Below, one piece after another: positions 1-13,714 of a DNA stretch of 64,000 nucleotides. The position numbers and the translations under genes were made by a program. This stretch comes from Glaucostegus cemiculus (lineage: Eukaryota), in contig CDPCPM010000060.1 in assembly GCA_976551045.1 (NCBI GenBank), positions 4,402,001 to 4,466,000 of the forward strand. Reading direction: 5' to 3'. The notes below the pieces were generated by a model. That model saw nothing but the letters and a program-made list of their open reading frames with translations. It did not search any database and was not told the origin of the DNA. Positions within the stretch are counted from its first letter, which is position 1. Every line of letters begins with the position of its first letter.

Positions 1-87
1 AACAGAATGCCAGTAACAGGGTGAAGACTGATATTGGTCAGGTGTCAAAAAGAGAAATGAATGAGAGTAGTAGGGCAAACTAAATCA

Positions 88-179
88 TATTTTTAGTATT
101 CTATTTTATTTCAGATTTCTTGCAATTGTTGTGTTCTGCAATTGCAAGAAATCTGAAATAAAACAGAATACTAAAAATA
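88..179. repeat. Near-perfect inverted repeat (41-bp arms, 10-nt spacer)
   Basis: 88-128 TATTTTTAGTATTCTATTTTATTTCAGATTTCTTGCAATTG is the reverse complement of 139-179 with one mismatch; the spacer is TTGTGTTCTG. Confidence 0.95.
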
Positions 180-288
180 CCCAGGCATATCAGGTAGCAT
201 CAGATAGGTAGAAATCATGAATTTATTACATATAGATGACCTCACCTCAGATTTGACCAGTTCTGACACAAACAGGAAAGAATGATTA

Positions 289-1080
289 TCAGAAAGTGTT
301 GAATTCAATACTGAGTCCTGAGTACTGCAGTGTATTTGAATAGAAGATGAGATGTTGTTCCTCAAGCTTACATTGAGCTTCATGGAAACAGTGTAGAGGC
401 CAAAGATAGAGATCAAAATGAGAGTGAGGTGGAGAATTAAAGTGACAGGCAACTGGAAGGTCAAGGTCACTTTTGAGAACTGAATGGAATTGCTTGGTGC
501 TTTTCTGGTGTAAAGGAAACCATACTGTGTGCACCAAATACAATCACTAAATTAGAAGAAGTGCAAATGAATTACTACTTCATTTGTAAGAATGGTTTGT
601 GTCTCTGGATGGTGGGCAGGGAAGAGATAAAAGGATAACAGTTGCATCTCCTGTGATTGCTTGGGCAAGTGCTGTGAGAAGTTGAGTGGTTGCTGGTAAT
701 TGAAGAGTGAACCAGTGAGCCATTAAGGCAATGGTCCCTTTGTAAAGCTGAAAATGGAGGGGGTGGGATAGGATGTGTTGATAGTAGAATTTCATTGAAG
801 GTGGTGGAAGTTACAGAGGATGATCCCTTGACTTTGAAGTCTGATGGGATGGAAAGTTAGGACAATGTTAATTTACCCTTGTTCTAGCTAGGAAGAGGGA
901 TGGTGAGACCAGAAGTGCAGGTAACAGAATTAATGTCATTCAAAGCCCATAGACAAGGTAGAGAGGAAGATACTGTTGAATAGAAAAAGAAGACATCTCA
1001 GAAGCACTGCTTGTAGAAAGCCTCATCATCAGAATGGAGATTACAATAGCAAAATTGATGGAGAATGATCCAGCAGTAAA
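289..1080 (-). mobile_element. Decayed Penelope-like retroelement, GIY-YIG endonuclease C-terminal region
   Basis: ORF 289..543 contains PVACHFNSPPHSH...EAQCKLEEQHLIF...GLSIEFN, matching the Penelope endonuclease C-terminus pattern (HFN..H..; KLEEQHLIF.L..L.P.GLNIEF). A homologous segment occurs at about 43380-43850. Confidence 0.75.
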
Positions 1081-1794
1081 TCAAGGATGTGAGTAGACTT
1101 TGAATAGCTGGACTGATTCTGACACATGCTGCAATGAGAATATAATGCTCTTCCATCAAAGATATTACAGGCTGTTCACACATCAGTGCTACATCAAATG
1201 AGGTTCTAGAGCAGTAATGCCCAAAGAACTATGACACAGAATAATCTAAGGATTCCAAGGATTATCCTGCAGAAATTCAGGAAGGGACATAACTGCCACT
1301 TGATCTCAACCAAGATGCCCCGTAATGTAGGGAGCAGGAATGGAAGTTCCAGTTTCTCAGGGGAGTCTCACAATTGTTGAAGAAGAATTGACACAGAACA
1401 TCCAAGAAGTTACATCTTCAGTGAGTCTAGAGATGTATACCACATCAGCAAATTCCATTGTGTCTTTAAGATTGACACTAACCACCAGTACTGTTATGGA
1501 ATTTGAAGAGAATTAAAAACTCACTTGATTGGTTAAACTTGTAAATGCATAGATGTTTTAAAACTAGTTTTACTTTTTTCTTTTAAAGGATGAATTTAGT
1601 GCAATATCTATAAATAAGTGTGATGTTGCTGCATTATGTACTTGACCCATATGTGTATTATTATGCACATTTGCACAGTTTAGAGCTCTAAATGTTTCCT
1701 GCGCATTATTCTGCACAATCTGCACATTGCTTTAGACTCAGAACCAATATGCCCACATACATTACACCGGTGACAAGGAACTAGAGAGCCACAG

Positions 1795-2031
1795 GCTCAG
1801 TACAGGGAGGGCTGTGAATCCCTGGAATTCTCTATCCCAAGGAACTGTGGATGCTGAATCATTACATATATTCAGACAGATTTTTGGATTGTGAGTGAAT
1901 TAAGTTATAGGGATAACTAGGAGAGTGTATTTGAGGCCGTAGATCAGATCACCAATGATCTCATTGAATGGTGGAGCAGACTTGAGGGACTATATAACTT
2001 ACTCCTGCTCTTATTTCATGTGTTCTTATGT
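1795..2031 (+). mobile_element. CR1 LINE 3' end fragment
   Basis: AGGGCTGTGAATCCCTGGAATTCTCTATCCCA (RVVNLWNSLP-like), followed by the typical tail GATCTCATTGAATGGTGGAGCAG...CTCCTGCTCTTATTTC...TTCTTATG. Confidence 0.75.
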
Positions 2032-2599
2032 GCCTTTGTTTCCTACCATTGACATTAAGCTAATTTGTCTGTTGTTTTCCAAACTTGCTCAATCATCCTT
2101 CTTGGATTTTGGAATCACACTTACTGTCCACTAGAGCACTGGCATTGTTCCTTTTCCTCATCGATGTCTATGTATATGTAATAGTACTTCTTGCTATTTC
2201 TTCCCTACCTTTTTTGATATAAGTATATGTAATTTGTCTAGGCATTTAACCTCTCTAAATCTAATTAGTTTAACCATAGTCTTTTCCCTTGTAGTTTGAA
2301 AGTCTTTAAATTATTTTAGATCTTTTTTACAGCAGGCCTATTAGTTTCCCTGGTATATGTCAAAGCACAGTAAATATTTAATATTTTTGTTATTTCACGT
2401 GAGTTTATGGAGTGTGTCTGGTCTTTGCCCTGTCCATATCCTGCTATTATGTATATTATTTTCTTTTATATTCTTTCATTGTTTACTTTTGCAATTCCCC
2501 TTTATCTTCCTAAAATATTTCTGACTTCTTTCCTAATCTAAATTATTCACATCCTTGTTGTCTCTGTGCTCTAGTAAGGAGTGTCAAGTAATACAGAGC

Positions 2600-2990
2600 T
2601 TGAATTTGTAAAGCAGATTGTCCCAAAGAACGTTCAACAACATACTTCTTGATGGGAAGCTACAGTTGCAATGTTGGAGGTGGCAGCCAATTTATGCACA
2701 GCAAAATCCCACAAACTTCAGTATTGCAGTAACAAGATATTTAGCCTCAGTGGCATTAGTGGATGGATAAATATTGGCCAGTATTGAAATAGTGCCATTG
2801 TGTCTTTCTCATTCATCTGAGATGGCAGATAGGGTCATCATATCCAAAGGAAACCTCAGACAGTGTAGATTCTCCTCAATATTAAACTGGAGTGTCAGTA
2901 TAAATTTCTTTTGTGCAAGACATTGAAGAGGAGTTCAAATCCATACCCTTCAGATTCAGGGGCTAAAACATGACATTGTGACATTGAAAG
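2600..2990 (-). mobile_element. Deu-domain SINE (SacSINE1/AmnSINE-related), decayed
   Basis: Contains GGCAGCCAATTTATGCACAGCAAAATCCCACAAAC, GGATAAATATTGGCCAG, GAAATAGTGCCAT and GGAGTGTCAG, which are reverse complements of Deu-domain/SacSINE motifs; a tRNA-like head remnant lies near 2930-2975. Confidence 0.7.
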
Positions 2991-4435
2991 CCTGAAAGGC
3001 ATTAGGAGCATAGAAAAGGAGTCGTAATGATTTGGTAGCACACCAAAGCAATTAGTACACAGGCCACAAAAGCTGCAACAAATGAAAATGTAAACATCAA
3101 ATACACAAAAAGGCAGGAAATAGGAATGTTTGTATGTCAACCTGTTTAATTTTCTACATAAACACTTATTTACTGATGAAAACCCAATATCCCAATGGAA
3201 TACAGACTAAGAAAGGGCAATACAAACCAATTTAAACTGTATTTCTATATAAAGTGTACATGAATTGAGTAATGTCTTAGCTGTCAATCAATATCCTATT
3301 TCGCAGTCACTCAGGGCTGAACCAATTAGCTTCAGGGAGAAAGGAAATAGAAACTAAACATGTCTGAATGCTGAGGGAAGAATCAGGCTCTATGTGACAT
3401 AGTATTTTTCCCACAGTACGAACTCCACCTCTCGCAAAAACTCCTTTCATATCCAGCACACCCTCCCCCTCCTGTCTACTCACTCTGGTGATTCCCATTG
3501 AATATCCTGCTGAAACGCTCAGCTGAAGTTCAGGCAAGAAGAAGTAATACTTGTGGATGTATCAGGTGGAGCCCAGACATGTGATACTGCATGCCAGCAA
3601 AGAGTCAGTGCCTTCAGATATAGAGCAGAGACTGATTGATGTTATATTCTGCCTCTTTTCATCCAAGTTAACACAAATGCTTGTGTATGGCCTTCTAATG
3701 CTACTAAATGTTGCTTTATTGCTACATTTAGAATAAGAAATAAGTGAGTATTTATTTTAACTTTATGTATCAGCATTATAGGATGGAGTCATCAACTCCA
3801 GTTTGGAAAGCTTAAAATGGTTTCACACATAAGCAATTAAACAGAAATTGCAAATGAATGCACAAACCTAATGTGTGGGGCCCAGAAGAAGAAGGCAGCA
3901 CTGATTCAATTCTGGCTCCAATTAAGGTTGGTCAGATGAAGTTCCAAAGTTGGGAGACTCTATCCTAAAATAGAATGAATTTACTAAGTATTCTATGAAG
4001 TGGTTAGGATTTTTCAATAAATCATTTATAATATCCAAACAGCAAAGCATGAAATCAGATCTGCTTTACTAATTTACCAGACAAGGATCAAGAGAAATAA
4101 TACAAATACTCATGGTGTTCAGCAAAGATTAAACAGTAAACCAAAGATGATTTTCAATAACACTATTGGCATAGATTGTCACTCGTTTTTATTTCTAAAG
4201 TCAGTTTCTGTGTTGATAGTGGGAGCTACTGCTCTACACTCAGCATAAGTAAGGCATTTCCTTCAGCATTTACTTGGTGAGCTCATGAATGAATTTTAGA
4301 TTGAAACACAAAGAGATACTGGGTAGTCAATACCTTATCTCATCCCCAGAACATTGCACATCATTGTTCTAACCTACTAAAATCTGGGAAGTCCCAAGGT
4401 TAACTGAAGAGCAAAAACAGGAGCTGTTATACTAG

Positions 4436-4620
4436 AAATAAAAAAAACCATAAAATGCTGGAGATACCCAGCAAATGAAACAGCATCAGTGGAGAAAGAA
4501 AAACAGAGTTAATGTATCAGGCCAATAACTCATTATCACAGTTGTACTGAAATGTTAATTCTATTTCCCTCTCCACAGATGCTGCCTAACCTGCTGAGTA
4601 TCTTCAGAAATTTGTTTTTA
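4436..4620. mobile_element. Fold-back non-autonomous repeat (Penelope terminal-repeat derived)
   Basis: AAATGCTGGAGATACCCAGC...CAGCATCAGTGGAGAAAG...GAGTTAATG pairs imperfectly with TGTTAATTCT...CTCTCCACAGATGCTG...CTGCTGAGTATCTTCAG. Confidence 0.7.
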
Positions 4621-6919
4621 TGCCACAATTACTCCTTTGTTTGCATTGAGTTAGCTAATCATAGAGAAGACAAGATGGAGGGCAGAAGAATGGTCCATAC
4701 CTCCAATAGCCAAGACAAGGGGCATTAAGTGAAGTTCAGCATTCTGCTGATTTTCAAGTCCCAGGGATTCAAGCTGAACAGTCTGAGTATGTGGTGAACA
4801 GAAAGTTTGGACAACATCAGCTGTGATACATTCCACAGTTGAATAGTATGTCTATATTCATTACCTCACACATGTAGAATTACTCAGGGCAAGTTATCAA
4901 AGAACCTATCAATATTCATGGTACCATTCCTGAGAGAGAGTAAGTCAATATCTACAGTCAGAGAAGGAAAAACAGTATGTTTTAAAGAAAAGTTATACTC
5001 AGGACAAGATTATTGTAAGCCTGTGTCTCTTTTCTACATTTTATCTGAATCTATGTGACAAAGCATTCAGCACTGAGAAAACTGTTTTATTCCTGTTGGT
5101 TGATTTAATTCCCTGTGTTTATCTAATGCTATTTACAAGTTAAGCTGAGGCTATAAATTAAAGATAGCCCCTTAAAACTTGCCTAGATAATGAAAAATGG
5201 TTCCATGTGACCCAGGACATTTAAAGGTCCAATGGCTGTCTAGAAGATTAGGTTACAATAGAACTATTAACAACTGCTTTTATCATTAACCAACAAGGTT
5301 ACATGTACAGCACACCACGCTGCTCAATGCTGACCTGTTGAAGTTTCTCTCGAACAACTTTAGCTTGCACCAGCACGCATATTTGCTTAAAATACTGTAG
5401 TAAAAATCTAACAATGCAAAAAGCACAGCCTGGATGGGATTACTGTAATAACTGAATATTTAGTCTGCAATTTTAGAATTTAGCAAATGTTAAGTTTATT
5501 TATTATATGGTTATACAATGATAGGCACAAGGCAGCTGCAACAAACTGTATGCAATGTCAAGGTTTAAATGACATCAGAAAATGCCAGACACTGATTAAT
5601 AAAAGCTTAGCTGAATTTATAGAAAGTGCGATGTTTTGCTGGGAATTTGATTTATTGACTTTCCACCAGAGTGAATATTTTTGTTCTATATCTAATATTT
5701 CAGGTACTTATTAGTCACTGAATAACTCAAACAACTGAGTTCAAGGTTGTGTTGCTTGATGACATTTGTTTGGTGACATCAGCAAGTGTAAACATGAGCA
5801 ATGTAACATTAGGAAATGCATTTATTGGCCATGTGATTTGTAGAAGGGGATTAGGAATCTCTAACATAGGTAACACTTTCCATATTGCATTAATAATTAT
5901 GACCGTTATATAGTTACACAGGGGACACATCTCCACTTAATTCATTGAGGTTTAGATTACTATTCCAATAATACTTTTAACATAGGCAAAATTAAATTTT
6001 ATTGTCCTGTATATTTGTTGTATTACTTATATAGTTTACCCTAAAATATTGGTATTGATTTATTATTGTCACTGGATTATGGGGTATATTTTTCTCTGTG
6101 AGTAAAGTTAAATTATAGATTTAACAAAATTAGTTTATCAGTTTATTAAAATTATTTCTCCTTAACTTTTCACACATGTAGAATATTGTATTTGATTGCT
6201 TAATGCATTCATGCAAACCCTTTCTCTCTGGTATTTTAAGTGAAATTGCCTCAGTTGAAATTGAAAAAGGATGAATTTTATACAGAAAAATGCAATTGTT
6301 CTTCTCAGGTCTCCAAACCGCTGTTGCCCAGATGTTAGGAACAATTTCTTAAACCTAAATCTGAGCAAAATTGTTCTTGAAAAGGTATCTGAAACCTTCA
6401 TAAAGGATTGCAAAAGCCGTCATTCAGCAGCTTCTGTGCTCTCTTTGGGAATGAAACATGATCTTGGAAGGAATCCAGTTGATTATTTTCTTCAAGAGCC
6501 AGGGGAAGCACAGAGGAAAGTACTTGTGCCTCAGCTTATCTACTACTGCACTCCTCATTCAATCCTTTATAACTTCCATCTTCAACTACAACAATATCAT
6601 GCATTTATATAGTGCCTTCAATATAGTAACTTCCCTAAGGTGACACCCTAGCAGATAAAGACTGGTGAAAAGTTATCCAGTTACAGAGACAGATTAAGAG
6701 GGAAAAGAGAGATTGGAAGGCAGAGAGGATTAATTTGGGAATTTCTGTTCCAAGTAGCTGAAAATATGACTGCAAATTATGGAACAACAAGCAACAGGGA
6801 TGTGCAAGAGACCACAGTTGAGGGAATACAGGGTTCTCGAAGGTTTGAAGGACTAGAGGAGGTGACAATGATAGGATGGAATGTGAGCATGGACAAATTT
6901 AAAAGTAAGGATAGGTGGA

Positions 6920-7262
6920 ACATTGGTGTAGCAGTTTGGCCTCCTGCATGGTTCCAGCAGTGAAGATTCAATATTGACCTCTGATGCCATCTGTGCAGAG
7001 TTTGAAACTTCTCCCTCTGACCACTTTGGTTTCCCCTGGGTCCTCCAGTTTCCTTGTACATTCTAAAGCAATGTTAATCAGTTAATTGGCTACTGTAAAT
7101 TACTGTTAGTATAAGTGGTTGGTGGGAGACTCGGGGTAGAGTTGATGGACATGTGAGAGGAAATAGGTTACAGGGAAATGAAGTGGAGGAATGGGGCTGA
7201 TGGGAATGATTTGACAGACAGCATAGACCCAATGGGCTGACTGGCCTCCTTCTGCATTGCAA
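6920..7262 (+). mobile_element. tRNA-derived V-SINE (HE1-like) with CR1-type tail, decayed
   Basis: V-domain-like CTGTGCAGAGTTTG...TCTCCCT...GGTTTCCCCTGGGTCCTCCAGTTTCCT, then tail GCATAGACCCAATGGGCTGACTGGCCTCCTTCTG. Confidence 0.75.
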
Positions 7263-7581
7263 TAGAAAAATGAGAACAAAAAAGAAATGAGAATTTTAAA
7301 ATTGAGACATTGACTGATTATGAGAAGTAGGGAAATGAATATGTAAGCTTGACTGTGAGCAGAGTTTTGATTTACGCAGGGCGAAAGGTGAGAGGCAGGC
7401 TAGAAGAGCACTGGATGTGTTAAAGGCATGGATGAAGGTCAACTTAGACAGCGACAAAGTCAAATGGTGAATATCGGTGTCCTTGATGATATAAAGGTTA
7501 CACAACTGGAAGCATATTTCAGAGTTAAATACCACACCAATGTTGCAGTTAGTTCTGTTTCAGGCAGTTTATCAGGAAGAG

Positions 7582-8020
7582 GTATTGGTTTATTATTGTC
7601 ACTTGTACCAAGGTACAGTGAAAAGCTTGTCTTACAAACCAATCATATAGGTCAATTCATTACACAGTGCAGTTACATATTTAGTACAAAGTGCAAGATG
7701 TAGTACAGTAAAAACAGTAACAATACAGAGTAAAGCGTTGCAGCTACAGAGAAAGTGCAGTGCAATAAGGTGCAAGGTCACGACAAGGTAGATTGTGAGG
7801 TCACAGACCATTTCATTGTATAAGGGAACCATTCAATAGTCTTATCACAGTGGGGTAGAAGCTGTCCTTAAGTCTGGTGGTACATGCCCTCAGGCACCTG
7901 TATCTTCTACCCGATAGAAGAGGAGAGAAGAGAGAATGTCCTAGATGGGTGGGGTCTTTGATTATGCTGGCCGCTACACCAAGACAATGAGAGATAAAGA
8001 CAGAGTCCAAGGAAGGGAGT
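7582..8020 (-). mobile_element. Rex1/Babar LINE 3' fragment
   Basis: ORF 7813..8040 contains AASIIKDPTHLGHSLFSPLLSGRRYRCLRACTTRLKDSFYPTVIRLLN, homologous to the C-terminus of the 62.7-63.3 kb ORF; the minus-strand tail reads GTGACAATAATAAACCAAT. Confidence 0.9.
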
Positions 8021-8954
8021 AGTGAGATTAGAACCAACATTTGTGATGGGGGTAAGAGGGCAGGGTGAAAATAATGCCTTTGATTTTGCTAATAACTAGA
8101 TGGTGTAAATTCTGGGGATGCAACATTGGATGCCAATTAAGCAGTGTACCAACTTAGAGGTAGTGAGTAACTCAGAAAAGTTAGGTAGGATAGTATCATT
8201 GGACGAGGCGGCTAAGATTAGCATATGGATAAAAATAGGATGTGACCAAGACAGTAGCTCCTTGGGTTACACCAGAGATATTGGTATGGGAGAGAAACCA
8301 CTGCAGATAAACCTCTGATAATGAATTAAGGGATAATAATGGAAGTGTGTTCCCAGTCATCTGCCTGAATGTGGGTTGGTGTTGCAGGAAGAAGGTGTGG
8401 TCAACCATGTCAAAAGTTGTAAACAGATCCAGAAAGGTGAGGAAGGGCAATTTACCTTGGTCACAGGTGTACACAATATCATTTGTGATTTTGGGAATCT
8501 CATTCCAGTAGAATGACTAGAGTGGAAACTTGTTGCAAGGCATTTGAGTATGGAGTTGCAGGAAAGATGACAACAGAACAAGAAAGGCAACAACATATTC
8601 AAGGACTTTGAGCAGGGTAAAAGAGAGATCAGAGACGAGGTAGACTGATTGGCAAGAAAGGTTTAGGATGAGTTTTTCTTTAGGAGTTAGTGGCTGATAG
8701 CAGATTTGAAGGAGAGTGGGACATACTTCTGGGGAGTAGGAAAATTAATAATATCAGCTAAAGTTAGTGTCTGGAAGTTGGACAGCAAGCAGAGGTAGTA
8801 GGGTCAGAAGAAGGACTTGGAAGAGGCATAAAGGAAGATAAGGAACTGATGGAATTTGCAAGTTCAGGGCAATAAAAAACCTGAAGGGTAAGATCAGAAG
8901 TGACAGCATAGCTGCCAATTTTGTGACGAGTGAGACTTTATAGCCTTCAACCAT

Positions 8955-9257
8955 CTCCTGACTGGCTTCCTCTATTTTCCCTTCCGTAAACTTGAAATTA
9001 TCAAATAGCTCACTTACTTAACAGTTGTATCTTCAGCCATGTAGCCTTGAGCTCTAGAATTCTTTCTCTAAACCTCTCTGCCCCTCTTCTGTAAGAACTT
9101 CCTTCCATCCAGCCCCTTTGAGTAAGCTTTTAGTCATCACCGCTAACATCACTTAAATAGGCTTTGTGTCAGTTTTTATCTAATTAAGCTCTTTTTGAAC
9201 TGCTTTGATATGTTTCCCTGAGGTAACGGCAAGATGGAAATGCAAATTGTTGTTGTT
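8955..9257 (+). mobile_element. L2 LINE 3' end, decayed
   Basis: CTCTAGAATTCTTTCTCTAAACCTCTCTG...TTTGAGTAAGCTTTTAGTCA...AAATGCAAATTGTTGTTGTT matches an L2-type tail. Confidence 0.55.
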
Positions 9258-12129
9258 TTAACAATATTGCCAATGGAGGAAACTAAAATCCACAAAATCA
9301 ATAGCTCTTAGCAATATTAAGAAACACTTTGGAATATATTATATATGTTACATAAACTATATACAGTTTACATTTGTATATATCATTTCAGATCAACACT
9401 TACACAGCCAAGATCAACAGCAAATGAATTTCCAGTTGTGAATGTTTTAATTCTAGATGACTGAACAGAGTGGAACATCTGAAATCAAGTGACTCAATAA
9501 TAACACAAAAACATAAACAGGAATTGACACTTTTCACAATCAACCAAAGATTTAAATATCTTGTTTCCACCCAGCGAAGTGTATTTAAGAAGCTCTGTGG
9601 AGCAGTGTTTCCACTTTCCCGAGCTCAATAAGGTGGCAGCATTACCACAGCAGTAGCTGATTAAATGGTGACACCTTGTGACAAAGTATGGAAGTACTTA
9701 CCATATTGCACATGGCAAACACAACTACGTTACTAATATAAGCAAGAATCTTAAAAAAAACCATGAAGCTACATTTCATTAATTGTTACCTTTATTGCAA
9801 GAACAAAACTCATGGGAAACGAAGTAACATATTGTTGATAGAAAAAAAGGGAATGCTAGAAATAGTCAATAGGTGAGGCCTAGAGAGACTTAGTTAACGT
9901 TTTGGAGAATGACCTTTCATCAGAACCTCAATTGCTCTTCAACATATTGTTTATACCTAATTCCAAGTATGCTGTCCTGTGTTCCTGCTCTGATGAAATC
10001 AAAACTAATTCCTTGTCTCACTTAAACTGTGCCAGAAACTTGCTTGATTGCCTTTTCCTCTTCTAATATACAAGCTATTAAAACAGTTTACCATTTAATA
10101 CTTCTCAATTTACCTGCTGCATGGAGTGCGTCTGGCAGCCATGTATGGTGCAAACATGAATTTCCACCCCACTAAGTATATTATACAGAAGTTGTGTAGG
10201 AATATTTCAATTAGCAATGTATGGGGACAGACTTTACTTTCCAGTAAAGATTAAAGACATAAAATTCCTTGGTTTCTGAGGGACATCACTGTGTGGTATG
10301 TTTCTTGGTCTCCTTTAGTCCTTTGTGGATTCTTTCTGAGCATTCTACTACAGCTAATCTCTTATGACCTTTGATGGTCCAGTGACCAAATCTGGCATGG
10401 TATGATAGCAAATTTACTAGAAATTCAAGTTACATTATCTTTCTGTCCTGTTCCCTCCCATTACTTCTGAAATGAGATTTACATGCACTATGGCAATGCA
10501 CATTTTTCATAAGAAAGATGATTAAGATGATACAAGGAAAAGAGCCCCTTAATCCTGTCAGAATAAAGCCACAAAGTTCAATGTCACTGTGCCTTTGTTT
10601 GGATGATATAGATGGAAAATTGGTTCCCATATCTGGTGATGTTTTATTTGTAGTGTAAAGTATCATATTGTTAGGGACGTAAGTACAAGAGAACACAGCC
10701 CTGCTGACAGTGTTATGATGAAGCAGATCAAGGTCAATTAGAATGCAACACTCAGGCGATCTCAACAGTGCTATTTTGCAGTGCTAAGTTCTAGATAATG
10801 CTCCTTAAACTCCCAAAGTTAAACACATTCCATTGCAGGAAGGACCCATCAGCAGTAGTATTTAAAGAATTCATTAACTTTTTTATAAATTAGTTACCAA
10901 TTAATTTTCACTGGCTGGGGTTTGATGCATTCTAGAGTTCTCTATATCTATTGAAATTTACACGGAGTGGGGTGCCAGGTAATGAAGGCATTGCCTTAAC
11001 TTCAAAGCTTCTGCACAGCAGTTGGTTGCAGACATGGGTACATAACTAGGCCCTCCTCTTAGAATACAGAGTAACAGAGAGAATGAGCAGAGTGGGATAT
11101 GCTGCTGGAAGGACAGCGGGAAAGAGAGAAGGGCTGCCAGCTGACTATGCATCAAATGTCTTCAGGCTGCCAATATCCCACCTGAACCACAGTGAGGAAT
11201 TATGTGTGAGATGGTTGTGTTTCAACATTGACTCAAATGCATCTGGGTTAATTGTAAAACAGAATACCTGGGACTTCTTTTGGAGTCATTTAATTTAGTC
11301 CTCTGAAAACTTCTTTCATAGGTTAAATAAGTAATGGCTTAAAAATGCACCTACATCTGTGGCAGTGCGCTAAAGAATTGTGCTCACTGAAACTGCTTTC
11401 AACAAGCTGAGAGCAGGGAAGCACCCATTTGTTAATGGCTGTTAGACCAGGATGCCTTCCAGGGTGGAGCCAGAAACATTTGTACAATCCTGCAGTTTTC
11501 TGTCTATTCCACTTTTCCATAAAACTGGTCACTGATTCCGAGCATTCCTTTCCAAGAAGAGCTAAGCACATTTCATTCCCTCTTGCCACACATCAGCTGG
11601 CGAAATGAGCACACAACTTTGTAAAGATTTGTGAGCTTGCCAAGATGCAAAGACTGCGTGCATGTCACTCTGCTACTGTTACATGTCAACTCAAAGCCTA
11701 ACCACAACTAAAAGTGACTCCACTCCATTCCTTTCCAGTTGAAATATAACCATATTCAGTGAATCATGCAGGTGAATGCCTATTGCCCTGGCAACAGCCT
11801 GGATACCTTCTTTCCGCAGCCACACTCTCACTAAGTGCTGCGCCAATAATGTGGAACATTGTCTCCCTTAAACTGAAGCTGAGCCCTGATGGTTATCTGT
11901 TGTGGCCTCTGGCTAAATGTTACATCATCCTTCAGGAGAAAGGGGAGTGCATTGGCCAGTGTTGTGCAACTTGCTCGACTGACATGGCTTTTCTGGTGAA
12001 ATATTCCTGAGCCGTGAAATATGGATGTGAGGAATTAATTTGCATTAAGAGAGTGAAGGTGAAGTGGAGGATGAAAATCAAGCACAAGTCCCAAATGTTT
12101 ATGCCTGATGGTGAGTGTTACTTCTGTGC

Positions 12130-12553
12130 TTTGAGCAGTGTTGGAGGCCGGTTTTGCAGTAGTTGGGAAAATATTACCAGGAATTCACTGACCTTGGCCC
12201 ATAAATTAACTCAGTAAACTTCTCATGGGACCACATCTAGGTCCTTGCAGCTTGTCTCCCGGCATTGGCTGACACTGCTATTTCCTCCCACTGCCATTAC
12301 AATGTGTGTGAGGGAGGCTTCCTGTCCCCTACTGAAATAGGACACCTCTTGTCCTTCCCACCTCTTGCTGCCAGTGTGGCACCACACTCACCTGTATTGT
12401 GCCATTCCTGGGTGCCTTCCGAGTCAGTTCAAGTTCCAAAATCCCAGCCAGCACCTGCTTCAACCATTACACTTCAACTCTTTTAGCATATTACAGACTG
12501 TCTGTTCCAAAGGTTAATGTTCCTTAGTGTTCAATACTCATGAATTTGGATCC
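12130..12553 (+). repeat. 424-bp direct repeat, copy 1 (copy 2 at 15384-15805)
   Basis: Colinear alignment from TTTGAGCAGTG to CATGAATTTGGATCC, roughly 85-90% identical by eye. Confidence 0.95.
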
Positions 12554-13714
12554 AATATGTCAATAAACATCAAGGTATGGACTAGTTCGTCACTGAAATT
12601 GGAATGATCAAGCACTACAGAATTTATGTGCAGTTTATATTGAGTCAAATAGACACAGGTTAGTTGTATATCATGATATTTATGTCTGGTTTCAGGCTAT
12701 TCAGTTTAGGCTCATGTATCTTTATTTATTTTACAATGACTAGACCATGACTTGGAAATTATTTATTCCTTTAGTGACATGCTAAAGGGCCATTGAGCAG
12801 TCAAGTTCGGGATGTGACCCATACCATGGGGGGTATAGGTGTGAGATAAGGGCTTGGGCAACAAGACTGTGGTGGAGGCTTATCATCCAGAGATTATGGG
12901 TGGATTTAACTGCATCACTATGCCAGCCTATTTCGTGAACTTAACAAAATTGTAAACTTCAACCTGTAAATATCCTTGTCATCCATCATTGCATTTGGGA
13001 ATAGAATTACGTGTTATACACAAAATTAACATTGACAGAACATCAATATAGCTACTATATTGTAGCTTTTCAAACCCAGTTTGAAAATTTCATTCACCTG
13101 TGAAATTGATGTCAATTTCATTGAGTATTTTCAACAAAACACAATAGTTTTACAGGAATACAGAATCTTCACATCGTTCATCCTGCTCTGGTGATCTGTT
13201 GGTAATCACCTCAAATCCTTTCTATCAGCCTATGCACCACTATCGGGCAAATCTCTTGCACAATATCACAAATGCGGTCTTATACCTGTTTCTCTCCCAC
13301 CTCACATTTCTTTATGAGCAAAGTACATGACCCAAGCAATCTTGACCATTTTCAGGCAACATTACCATGATTTCTAACCTGTTATCACAACATTCTTTGT
13401 ACAAAACCCATACTACCTGTTGAATTCTTTTGAAGAGTTTACTTATCAAATACATCGAGCCTTCTTTACCTCACATGAGTGAAGGTCATATACTCTCTCC
13501 TTACAACATTGTATAAATGGAACATAAAAACTTACTGGATTGTAAATCTTTAGTTCTTCTGAGAGCAATATGCTTTTTTATTCCTAAACCAATATTGTAA
13601 AATCCAAGGCACTACTTAACTTTCAAAATCACTTAATATATCTAATCTATTTCATATTTAGGTTTAATCCCCTTATTCTATATAATAGATGAATTTAAGG
13701 GGTGAGAATATTAA

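Larger units (their letters stand above)
6588..8955 (-). mobile_element. Old L2 LINE remnant interrupted by a SINE and a Rex1 fragment
   Basis: The L2 3' tail (TGCATTTATATAGTGCCTT) is near 6600. ORF 8196..8474 contains FLDLFTTFDMVDHTFFLQ, resembling the L2 RT motif LLDLSAAFDTVDH. Confidence 0.65.

Noticed and set aside
3417-3545. Plus-strand exon after TTTTTCCCACAG
   Set aside because: No strong donor follows, all frames stop within about 110 nt, and no peptide is recognisable.
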